Origin: Thermodesulfobacteriota bacterium
GTDB taxonomy: Bacteria; Desulfobacterota_D; UBA1144; Nemesobacterales; N074bin48
DNA length: 23,106 bases
Assembly: GCA_041572575.1 (NCBI GenBank)
Contig: JBFFSH010000039.1
Span: forward strand, 1-23,106
Reading direction: 5' to 3'
The notes below the pieces were generated by a model. It was given only the letters and a program-made list of their open reading frames with translations, was not told where the DNA came from and searched no databases. The translations under genes were made by a program, and so were the position numbers. Below are positions 8,715 to 15,528 of this stretch, piece after piece; within the stretch, counting starts at the first letter, position 1; each line of letters starts with the position of its first letter.

Positions 8715-9542
8715 TTATTTTCTCATTTTTTTTAATATCTCAATATCTGATGCTACATTTTCCGGGGGTGTTTCGACAATCATATCCAGAGATTTAAGAT
8801 GCTTATTATTCACTACAGATTCAAATCCTTCTGAGCCAATTTCACCTTGACCAATATGCTCATGACGGTCTTTTTTTTCTCCAAGTCCTACTTTTGAGTC
8901 ATTGCCATGAATAAGCCATATTTTTTCTATTCCAACAATATTATCAAATTCTTTTAGAACATGATTTAGCGCATTTTTGTTTCTAATATCATATCCTGCA
9001 GCAAATGTGTGGGCGGTATCAATGCATATTCCGAGCTCTGGATTATTTACCTGATCGAGTATTTCTGCAAGTTCTTCAAACTTCTCTCCTATTGTCTCAC
9101 CCTGTCCGGCAGAGTTTTCTAAAAGCAGATGAGTCTTGGTATTTGTTTTATCCAATATTTCTTTTGCAGCATCAGCAACTCTTGATATGGCTAATTTCCT
9201 CTCTATACCTTTTGAGCTTCCAAGGTGTGTCATTATATATTTAGCATTTAATATATCAGCCCTTTCCAGCTCTTCTGTTACTATTCTTGTGGATGAATTT
9301 CTTATGTCTTTATTTTCAGAAGCAAAGTTAATATAGTAAGGAGTATGAACATAGTAGTCAGAAAGATTGTACTCTTCACAGTTATTTAAGAATTTATCAA
9401 CAGTTTCTTTATCCAGCTTTGGAGGATTGCCGCCCCTTGGGGAGCGAGTAAAGATCTGAAAGCATTCGCAGCCATAGCTGCTTGCGCGTTCAGGTGCTTT
9501 GAATATTCCTCCTGCTATTGATACGTGGGCTCCAAATTTCAT
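8715..9542 (-). CDS. nfo: Endonuclease IV (AP endonuclease family 2)
   Basis: GAHVSIAGG, FQIFTRSPR, VHTPYYINFAS, LLENSAGQG, CIDTAH, HGNDSK, DRHEHIGQG, VETP: metal ligands present. Confidence 0.95.
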   Translation of the reverse strand: MKFGAHVSIAGGIFKAPERASSYGCECFQIFTRSPRGGNPPKLDKETVDKFLNNCEEYNLSDYYVHTPYYINFASENKDIRNSSTRIVTEELERADILNAKYIMTHLGSSKGIERKLAISRVADAAKEILDKTNTKTHLLLENSAGQGETIGEKFEELAEILDQVNNPELGICIDTAHTFAAGYDIRNKNALNHVLKEFDNIVGIEKIWLIHGNDSKVGLGEKKDRHEHIGQGEIGSEGFESVVNNKHLKSLDMIVETPPENVASDIEILKKMRK

Positions 9543-9570
9543 ATTTATCTCGATTTAATAAATCTGGTTC

Positions 9571-9579
9571 ATTATATCA
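9571..9579 (-). promoter_or_regulatory. Extended -10 promoter for nfo
   Basis: Minus strand TG-a-TATAAT, 28 nt upstream of the nfo ATG. Confidence 0.5.
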
Positions 9580-9641
9580 GTCTATTTCGAATTTGCACTT
9601 AATCATCTGATAATTCTATTTATTTTTTGGGTATAAATCAC

Positions 9642-9647
9642 TATAAT
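9642..9647 (+). promoter_or_regulatory. -10 element for the MerR-family gene
   Basis: Perfect TATAAT 25 nt upstream of ATG 9673; weak -35 (TTTATT). Confidence 0.4.
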
Positions 9648-9672
9648 ATTAAATTAGGTACCAATTAGATAC

Positions 9673-10176
9673 ATGTCTTCAGAAAAAAAGAAGAAAAATA
9701 CTGCAGACTCCTCCAAAACTAAGGTAATAAACGGTCTTGGAAGCAGGCAGCTAGTCGAACTTATTGAATCGCTCGAGGGAGTAAAGCTTACATACGATCA
9801 GCTCTACTATTATGAAAACACGGGGCTGGTTGTGCCAAGCGTAAGAAGTGCGCAGGGAAGGGGGGTATCCCGCCTGTATTCTGTAGAAGACATTATTATA
9901 CTCCGTTGGATAGCAATGCTTAACAAAAAAGGCATATCTATACAAGGCTTTCGCAGCGTCTTTGATTTTGTTAAGAATAAAATGCCTGAAATTCTTAAAA
10001 AGCCTCAGAACTTTGTTCTTATTACAGACGGCAAATCAGTCCAGTTCTTTGATAAAATCTCATCCCGTACTTTAGACGTTCTAAAAGATACAGGACAATA
10101 CCTCTTCTTCTTTCCTGCCGGCAAGATGGCAGAGCAGAGTGAAAAGGCGATTGAAAAACTTGGTTCGGAATCTTAA
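9673..10176 (+). CDS. MerR-family HTH regulator, Rv1830/McdR-like subfamily
   Basis: LTYDQLYYYENTGLVVPSVRSAQGRGVSRLYSVEDIIILRWI..L.KKGISIQ, plus C-terminal LITDGKSV...LDVLKDTGQYLF. From recall this parallels actinobacterial ITYRQLDYWARTGLV.PS.R.A.GSG.QRLYS..D...L.SDG.SV...DLL.GGQGVF. Confidence 0.8.
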   Translation: MSSEKKKKNTADSSKTKVINGLGSRQLVELIESLEGVKLTYDQLYYYENTGLVVPSVRSAQGRGVSRLYSVEDIIILRWIAMLNKKGISIQGFRSVFDFVKNKMPEILKKPQNFVLITDGKSVQFFDKISSRTLDVLKDTGQYLFFFPAGKMAEQSEKAIEKLGSES

Positions 10177-10181
10177 CTGTT

Positions 10182-11450
10182 CTAACTTCCAGTGTCCTGA
10201 GCCAGAAGCGACCGGTCATGCGCAGTCCCTTCGGATATGAGGTCGGGTATTGATGTAAATGATATGCGCATCGGTGCTGATTCTTTTGCTGTATGCATTG
10301 TGCCAAAGTAAACACAATCCAGCCCGTAGCGTTCGTTTATTTTGTCCATGGTCTCTGCAAGTTTTATTTTTCTGCCGTCATCGGAGAAAAGCGGAAGGCT
10401 TGTGTCGGCTGTGGGGATTAAATCGGACAAAACTACAGATACGCGAAGAGGGGTTTTGCCTTTGGGTCTTTCTGGCCACATTTTAAGAAATGCCTGTATT
10501 ATGGTGTGAGTGTCCTGGAACTGGCCGAGCTTCACATAATCTTTCCAGGGTTGAGGCGGATTAAAATAGTCAATATGAATACTCACGCGGCAGGTGTAGT
10601 AACCAAGTCTCCTCAGCCTTGCCCCTGCCTTGTGGATTAGTTTTATCATTACAGAGTACATCCCTTCATCTGTGCGCATCTGCGGATGCAGCACATGGGA
10701 GTGGCTCACAGTTCTTCTTTTTGTGGAAACCTCCTGCATGTCTTCTCCCCTAAGAAGGTGCCACCACCGCTTTCCTACTACGCTGTGCCATATGCCGTGG
10801 CACTGCGCTTTGGATAGGGCGCAGAGCTGTTCTACTGTTGTTACACCATAGAGATTAAGACGTGCTTCCATTGCTCTTCCAATTCCTGGAAGGTCGGAGA
10901 GCGAAAGAGGGTAGAGTTTTTCGGGAAGCTCATCCCCTTTTATAACGCTAAGGCCGTCTGGCTTTTGCAGGTTGCTTGCTACCTTGGAAAGAAACCGGTT
11001 GGGAGCAATCCCTACAGAGCATAGAAGGGCATCTCCTGCCTGTTCCTTTATGGCCTGCTTTATATCTTTTGCAAGCGAAACGGCATAGTCAGGATTGCGC
11101 TCTCTACCAATAAGCCTGCATGACATCTCGTCTACAGAGTGAACCTCATCTACGGGAAGAACCGTATTTACGGCTTCTACAATCTTATTATGATATTCGA
11201 CATAAAGCGCGGGCCTTGCCGGCATAAGGTTGATATCGGGGCAGAGCCTTTTTGCCTCTGCTACCTTTGTGCCGGTTTTAACACCATGCCTTTTGGCTTC
11301 GTAGCTTGCAGCAATACAGCAGGTGGTATCTGCACTCACCGGTACCACGGCTGTCGGACGGCCTCTTAGCTCCGGACAGACCTGCTGCTCCACAGAAGCA
11401 AAGTAGGCGTTCATATCTAGAAAAAGCCAGTTCGGCTTCCCATCTCTCAT
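10182..11450 (-). CDS. dinB: Y-family translesion DNA polymerase (DinB/UmuC-like)
   Basis: LFLDMNAYFASVEQ, IAASYEAKRHGV, HSVDEM, SVGIAPNRFLSKVASNLQKPDGL, LPGIG (HhH), SLPLF clamp-like motif, MDKINERYG tail. ATG at 11450 preferred over TTG at 11462. Confidence 0.92.
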   Translation of the reverse strand: MRDGKPNWLFLDMNAYFASVEQQVCPELRGRPTAVVPVSADTTCCIAASYEAKRHGVKTGTKVAEAKRLCPDINLMPARPALYVEYHNKIVEAVNTVLPVDEVHSVDEMSCRLIGRERNPDYAVSLAKDIKQAIKEQAGDALLCSVGIAPNRFLSKVASNLQKPDGLSVIKGDELPEKLYPLSLSDLPGIGRAMEARLNLYGVTTVEQLCALSKAQCHGIWHSVVGKRWWHLLRGEDMQEVSTKRRTVSHSHVLHPQMRTDEGMYSVMIKLIHKAGARLRRLGYYTCRVSIHIDYFNPPQPWKDYVKLGQFQDTHTIIQAFLKMWPERPKGKTPLRVSVVLSDLIPTADTSLPLFSDDGRKIKLAETMDKINERYGLDCVYFGTMHTAKESAPMRISFTSIPDLISEGTAHDRSLLAQDTGS

Positions 11451-11461
11451 ATACCCACACA

Positions 11462-11513
11462 ATATAATAAACCATATCCCAAAAAGTGTCTATTGGGGTT
11501 TGTTTTAATGTAT
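11462..11513. promoter_or_regulatory. Imperfect 21-bp inverted repeat overlapping the dinB promoter (TAGACA-17-TATTAT on minus strand)
   Basis: Arms 11462-11482 and 11493-11513 pair at 16/21 positions by hand count, core CCCAA-N10-TTGGG; -35 TAGACA at 11492-11487 lies in the loop. Confidence 0.6.
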
Positions 11514-11545
11514 ATAAGACAAGCAATGTTAATTCAAAATCAAGG

Positions 11546-11574
11546 TTGACAATAATGGCGTGACACGCTATCAT
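11546..11574 (+). promoter_or_regulatory. higBA sigma70 promoter with palindromic HigA operator
   Basis: TTGACA(11546-51)-17 nt-TATCAT(11569-74); perfect GCGTG-A-CACGC palindrome 11558-11568 in the spacer; GTG start 6 nt after the -10. Confidence 0.8.
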
Positions 11575-11580
11575 ATTTGA

Positions 11581-11865
11581 GTGATAAAGGATTTTGCTGA
11601 TTCAGAAACTGAAAAACTATATTATCGGCAAAAGACAAAAAAATTGCCAGCTCAGTTACTTCGTCATGCACTTAGAAAACTATTGATACTGGATGCGGCT
11701 GAAACCATTGATGATTTGCGAATTCCTCCGGGAAACAGGCTGGAGAAATTAAAGGGAACAAGGAAAGGTCAGCACAGTATAAGAATAAATAATCAGTGGA
11801 GAATATGCTTTGTGTGGAAGGACAGAGATGCTTACTCGGTTGAAATAACTGATTATCACTCTTAA
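11581..11865 (+). CDS. higB: HigB toxin (RelE/ParE superfamily, plasmid-killer type)
   Basis: MIKDF..ETEKL, ALRKL..LDAA, DLRIPPGNRLEKLKG.RKGQHSIRINNQWRICFVW, C-terminal DYH. Confidence 0.93.
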   Translation: MIKDFADSETEKLYYRQKTKKLPAQLLRHALRKLLILDAAETIDDLRIPPGNRLEKLKGTRKGQHSIRINNQWRICFVWKDRDAYSVEITDYHS

Positions 11866-11875
11866 GGAGATAAAT

Positions 11876-12181
11876 ATGAGCAAAACAGTAATGCAACCAA
11901 TTCATCCAGGTGAAATCTTGCTGGAAGAGTTTTTAAAACCAATGGGTATTAGCCAGTATATTCTTGCAAAAGATATAAATGTAGATGCACGGCGTATTAA
12001 TACGATAGTAAAAGGCAAGCGTGCAATATCGCCTGATACTGCACTGCGGCTATCCAGATATTTTGGTACATCAGAGAGATTCTGGCTTAACCTTCAGACG
12101 ACCTATGATCTGCAAGTACATAAAGACCTGCTGGCCGACAGGCTTAAAAGAGAAGTTAAACCTCTATCAAAAACAGGGTGA
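11876..12181 (+). CDS. higA: HigA antitoxin (XRE HTH)
   Basis: PIHPGEILLEEFLKPMGISQ..LA, RINTIVKGKRAISPDTALRLSRYFGTSERFWLNLQ; SD AAGGAG; toxin-first order. Confidence 0.94.
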   Translation: MSKTVMQPIHPGEILLEEFLKPMGISQYILAKDINVDARRINTIVKGKRAISPDTALRLSRYFGTSERFWLNLQTTYDLQVHKDLLADRLKREVKPLSKTG

Positions 12182-13458
12182 TTAAAAAAAAGGTTGGGTT
12201 ATCGATGGAATCTAAAGAATTTGAATATCTTTTTATAGGGGCCGGAATTTTAGGCTCGTCCGGTGCTATGGCGCTTGCAGAGAATCTAACCGCGAAGGGA
12301 AAGAAGGTTAGTATTGGGGTGATAGATATCGATCTTTCAGGTGAGCATTCTTCTACCCTTAAAAATGCAGGTGGAGTAAGGGCTACATGGAGGAATAGGC
12401 CAAACATAGAGCTTTGTAAGTATTCTATAGATTTTTATGAGACGATTAAGGATGAAATACAGTTCAGGCAGCTTGGTTATTATTGGCTTCATAATGAGCA
12501 GTCTCTTGCAGAGATAGAAAAGAACCTGTACTTATACAAAGAGTATGGGCTGAATGTAAAGACATTTATGCCTGAGCAGATTAAGAGATTTCTTCCTTTT
12601 GTGGATAACCTTGATGGAGTAGCAGGTCTTTCCATATCAAAAAGCGCGGGGCTTATAGATCATTATTCTCTGAGGGAGTATTACAGGAAGAAAGCAAAGT
12701 CACTTGGAGTGGAGTTTCTTGACAGGTGCTATGTAAAAGATGTTGAACTCGACAACGGCTGCGTTAAAAACGTTATTGCAATATATGTAAAGGGGACGGA
12801 TAATTCGGAAATAATAAAGAGGTATCTGATAGAAAAAGAGATAAATGCTCCTCATAAAATAGTGCCATTCAGCTGTGATGTCTTGATTAATACTGCCGGG
12901 GCGTGGTCGCCTGAACTATCTAAACTATATGGTTTTATGGATTATGATATTAAACCCAGAAGAAGGCAGATGCTTGTGATAAATAACCCCGAAGTTGATT
13001 TGTCTGCTTACGGTATGATTATAGACACATCAGATGTTTATTTTCATAGTGAGGGTACAAGTATTCTTGCGGGGTATTCCAATGTGGATGAGCCTTATGG
13101 ATATAATTTTGATGTAAGCTTCGATACGATTGAAGAAGACAGCCCTTTTGTAAAATACATCTGGGAGCCGCTTTGGCACAGGATGAGCAAGTTTGAAAAA
13201 GTAAAACTAATAAGGGGCTGGGCAGGGATGTATGGTGAGACTCCGGACAGATCGGGATATATCGGTAAAGTGGCCGGGTTTGAAAATGTCTACGAATGTG
13301 CAGGTCACACGGGTAGGGGGCTTATGATATCATACGGAGCGGGGCATGCCCTAGCTGATTTAATTGTGGACGGAAAGTTCAGACCCGAGTTACAAAGCGC
13401 TGCCGATTTTTCAAGAGAGCGACCGTCTGGTGATTTGTTTGAGGAGCTGCATTTGTGA
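12178..13458 (+). CDS. FAD-dependent oxidoreductase, DAO / sarcosine oxidase beta-like family
   Basis: IGAGILG Rossmann motif, SSTLKNAGGVR, INTAGAWS, GWAGMYGETPD, AGHTGRGLMISYGAG. Start is GTG 12178 (overlaps the higA stop) or ATG 12205. Substrate unknown. Confidence 0.88.
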   Translation: MIKKKVGLSMESKEFEYLFIGAGILGSSGAMALAENLTAKGKKVSIGVIDIDLSGEHSSTLKNAGGVRATWRNRPNIELCKYSIDFYETIKDEIQFRQLGYYWLHNEQSLAEIEKNLYLYKEYGLNVKTFMPEQIKRFLPFVDNLDGVAGLSISKSAGLIDHYSLREYYRKKAKSLGVEFLDRCYVKDVELDNGCVKNVIAIYVKGTDNSEIIKRYLIEKEINAPHKIVPFSCDVLINTAGAWSPELSKLYGFMDYDIKPRRRQMLVINNPEVDLSAYGMIIDTSDVYFHSEGTSILAGYSNVDEPYGYNFDVSFDTIEEDSPFVKYIWEPLWHRMSKFEKVKLIRGWAGMYGETPDRSGYIGKVAGFENVYECAGHTGRGLMISYGAGHALADLIVDGKFRPELQSAADFSRERPSGDLFEELHL

Positions 13459-13459
13459 A

Positions 13460-13468
13460 TGCAGTTAT
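13460..13468 (+). repeat. 9-bp direct repeat TGCAGTTAT, copy 1 (left of phd-vapC)
   Basis: Identical to 14251-14259; begins 2 nt after the oxidoreductase stop. Confidence 0.55.
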
Positions 13469-13537
13469 GTTTCTCTCCCTATTAATAAAACATATAATCA
13501 TCTTAAGCCAAAAGTATTTGAATCCATAGATAGATTA

Positions 13538-13555
13538 TGTACACTTAAATGTACA
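13538..13555 (+). promoter_or_regulatory. Phd/YefM-type operator: two TGTACA palindromes 12 bp apart
   Basis: TGTACA at 13538-13543 and 13550-13555, directly abutting ATG 13556; same core and spacing as the E. coli yefM-yoeB operator. Confidence 0.8.
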
Positions 13556-13795
13556 ATGAAAGTGAGCATTAAAGAAGCAAGGAAACAAATAGGTTATCTG
13601 CTCGATAGAGCCAAGAAAGGGGAAGAAGTTATCCTTACAAGAAGGGGTATACCTGAGGGCAAGATCATTGCTTTTGAAAATAATGACAGCGGCAACATGG
13701 GGCTACCTGATCTTTCAGATCTTCATGAGTCTATTAAAGTCTCTGGAAAACCACTCAGTGAAATTGTTGTAGAAGAAAGGGAAGAAAGATATTGA
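13556..13795 (+). CDS. Phd/YefM-family antitoxin
   Basis: MKVSIKEARKQIGYLLDRAKKGEEVILTRRGIPEGKII is the Phd/YefM N-terminal fold; true start ATG 13556, not 13364. Confidence 0.9.
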   Translation: MKVSIKEARKQIGYLLDRAKKGEEVILTRRGIPEGKIIAFENNDSGNMGLPDLSDLHESIKVSGKPLSEIVVEEREERY

Positions 13796-14229
13796 GCGTT
13801 TATCTCGATACGAGCGTTTTGGTTTCGATCTACTATCCTGAATCTATAACTGCTAAGGTAAAAACATTTCTTAAAGGTAAAAAAGGTTTAACTTCAAGTA
13901 CTTTTAGTATAGTAGAGTTTAGTTCGGCGATTAATAGAAAAGTATTGAGAAGGGAACTCTCAAAACAAAGCGCGGTTGAGATTATAAACAGGTTTGAGGA
14001 TAACATAGATGAGGGTTATTATAAGATATGCCCTTTTTCACAGGGTGATCTTGTTGCAGCAAATAATTTCATTATAGATAATTTAGGAAGAGTTTCTCTT
14101 AGAACTGTTGATGCTCTACATATTGCTGTAGCGTTGAGATATAAATGCGAAGTATTTGTAACTGCGGATAAAGCCCAGGCTAAATCATCAGAAATACTTG
14201 GTTTAAAGACTAAGTTTATTTGCCTATAA
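13792..14229 (+). CDS. vapC: VapC-family PIN-domain toxin
   Basis: VYLDTSVLV, IVEFSSA, LRTVDALHIAVA, FVTADK: PIN acidic residues; TTG start overlaps the antitoxin stop (TTGA). Confidence 0.9.
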   Translation: MSVYLDTSVLVSIYYPESITAKVKTFLKGKKGLTSSTFSIVEFSSAINRKVLRRELSKQSAVEIINRFEDNIDEGYYKICPFSQGDLVAANNFIIDNLGRVSLRTVDALHIAVALRYKCEVFVTADKAQAKSSEILGLKTKFICL

Positions 14230-14250
14230 TTATTCTCAATTCATTTTCAT

Positions 14251-14259
14251 TGCAGTTAT
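14251..14259 (+). repeat. 9-bp direct repeat TGCAGTTAT, copy 2 (right of phd-vapC)
   Basis: Identical to 13460-13468; abuts the start of the higA relic. Confidence 0.55.
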
Positions 14260-14364
14260 CCGAGAATTTCTGGCTTAATCTTTAGACAACCTACTATTTT
14301 GAATTACATAAGGACTTATTATCTTAAAGACTTAAAAGAGGATAAACTTAAAAAAACAAGTTGA
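14259..14364 (+). pseudogene. higA: Decayed 3' fragment of a second higA antitoxin gene
   Basis: 14259-14339 reads SENFWLNL*TTYYFELHKDLLS*RLKR versus SERFWLNLQTTYDLQVHKDLLADRLKR in higA 12071-12151 (19/27 aa and 59/81 nt identical by hand). After a frameshift it ends DKLKKTS-TGA versus EVKPLSKTG-TGA. Confidence 0.88.
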
Positions 14365-14366
14365 TT

Positions 14367-14675
14367 TTAAACCTCAATTTTAATCGTATTCCCATCAACT
14401 GTAACAGGATAGGATTCCACGGGGCCTTCGGCGGGGTCGGCAAGGGCGTCGCCGGTTTTAATATCAAACTCTGCTCCGTGCCAGGGGCAGATTACTTTAC
14501 CATCTTCAATATCTCCCTCACAAAGCGGACCTCCAACATGTGAGCATTCATTTGCAAGGGCGCAGTACTCTCCGCCAACATTAAAAAGTGCAATTTCCTG
14601 TCCATCAACCTCTACTAACTTGGCCTCGCCTTCGTTTATCTCATCTGTTTTAGCTACTTCATGAATAGTTCCCAT
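14367..14675 (-). CDS. Rieske [2Fe-2S] ferredoxin (dioxygenase ferredoxin/NirD-like)
   Basis: CSHVGGPL...ICPWHGAEFDIKTG; SD AAGGAGG. Confidence 0.93.
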   Translation of the reverse strand: MGTIHEVAKTDEINEGEAKLVEVDGQEIALFNVGGEYCALANECSHVGGPLCEGDIEDGKVICPWHGAEFDIKTGDALADPAEGPVESYPVTVDGNTIKIEV

Positions 14676-14744
14676 ATGTTCCTCCTTAATAAAAGAGCTT
14701 CAAATCTAGATATATAAAATATTTTTAAATAAATCAAGCGGTTT

Positions 14745-15512
14745 TTATGAGTTAATATCATTATACTGAATTCCTGAATTTCCAATTGGATCATAGTCGA
14801 GATAAAGAGTAGAATTGTTACCTATACCAAGTCTGCCCTTTGCTATAAATTCGTATACAGCATGAGGAAAGATTACCCACTCGGCCTGCTCTCTAATATT
14901 TTTATTAATGATATCAATATTATCTTCTAAATAACCTTCCAGTGATACATTGTCCGATTGTAATATAGGAATTCCAAACCTAATGCTCTCCTGTTCCAGA
15001 TAAACAGTAGCTTTTATCTCAGTTTCATTATTCTTTAGGGCCTGTATGGGGGCCTGAACGCCCGTTATAAGATATTCTTTTGTAATATCTCCTGGGTACA
15101 GATTTATAATTTTGTTCTTATAGTGTTCATAAAACAAAGTGCTCAGCTTTCTCCTATATCCTGCAAGAACGATCAGATCAGGACTGCATACATTTTCAAT
15201 CAAACTTATTACAGCCGCATCATAATATTTTCTTGAATCAGCATCATCTGGTTCTTTATAAAGAGATTCAAAAAACTTTTTTGAACTAAGTGAAACTACT
15301 GGAATATCGTAACCTTTAGCTATTTTACTACCTTTACAATCCGGTACATTTGTAAACACGCATTTGATATTTGCAGAAGGAACAATCCCGGAATCTTCCA
15401 ATGCTTTTTGATACTTGCACAATGCTTTAAGATTAGTGCCGGAGCCGGATATAAATACGGCAATATTCATTGGCCGATTTGAATGTTCGAATATTGGTTT
15501 TATATTATTCAT
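14745..15512 (-). CDS. PurN-like formyltransferase-fold protein with degenerate active site
   Basis: NIAVFISGSGTNLKAL, VFTN, PDLIVLAGY, IINLYPGD, REQAEWVIFP align with GAR transformylase; catalytic His and Asp appear substituted. Confidence 0.75.
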   Translation of the reverse strand: MNNIKPIFEHSNRPMNIAVFISGSGTNLKALCKYQKALEDSGIVPSANIKCVFTNVPDCKGSKIAKGYDIPVVSLSSKKFFESLYKEPDDADSRKYYDAAVISLIENVCSPDLIVLAGYRRKLSTLFYEHYKNKIINLYPGDITKEYLITGVQAPIQALKNNETEIKATVYLEQESIRFGIPILQSDNVSLEGYLEDNIDIINKNIREQAEWVIFPHAVYEFIAKGRLGIGNNSTLYLDYDPIGNSGIQYNDINS

Positions 15513-15521
15513 TATTTTTAT

Positions 15522-15528
15522 TAGTTTA
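15522..15528. promoter_or_regulatory. Putative bidirectional promoter (overlapping -10 elements)
   Basis: Plus-strand TAGTTT (15522-27) and minus-strand TAAACT (15528-23), each exactly 10 nt from its ATG, in a 25-bp divergent gap without SD. Confidence 0.4.

Noticed and set aside
9624..11485. TTTTTGGG / CCCAAAAA as terminal inverted repeats of a merR-dinB mobile element
   Set aside because: Only about 8 bp of low-complexity match, with no target duplication and no transposase.
9005..12407. Short overlapping ORFs within nfo, merR, dinB and higBA (e.g. 11278..11574, 10022..10315)
   Set aside because: They overlap confident genes or promoters and show no family features or SD.
13364..13555. 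64-aa N-terminal extension of the antitoxin
   Set aside because: It overlaps the oxidoreductase and the TGTACA operator; Phd homology starts at ATG 13556.
14224..14251. Fur-box-like AT-rich tract (minus strand TGAAAATGAATTGAGAATAATTAT)
   Set aside because: Partial match only, located at the 3' end of vapC between convergent genes with no obvious target.
13460..14262. Integron cassette interpretation (GTTATGT / GTTATCC resembling GTTRRRY cores)
   Set aside because: No RYYYAAC inverse core after the stops, no attC-like hairpin and no integrase in the window.
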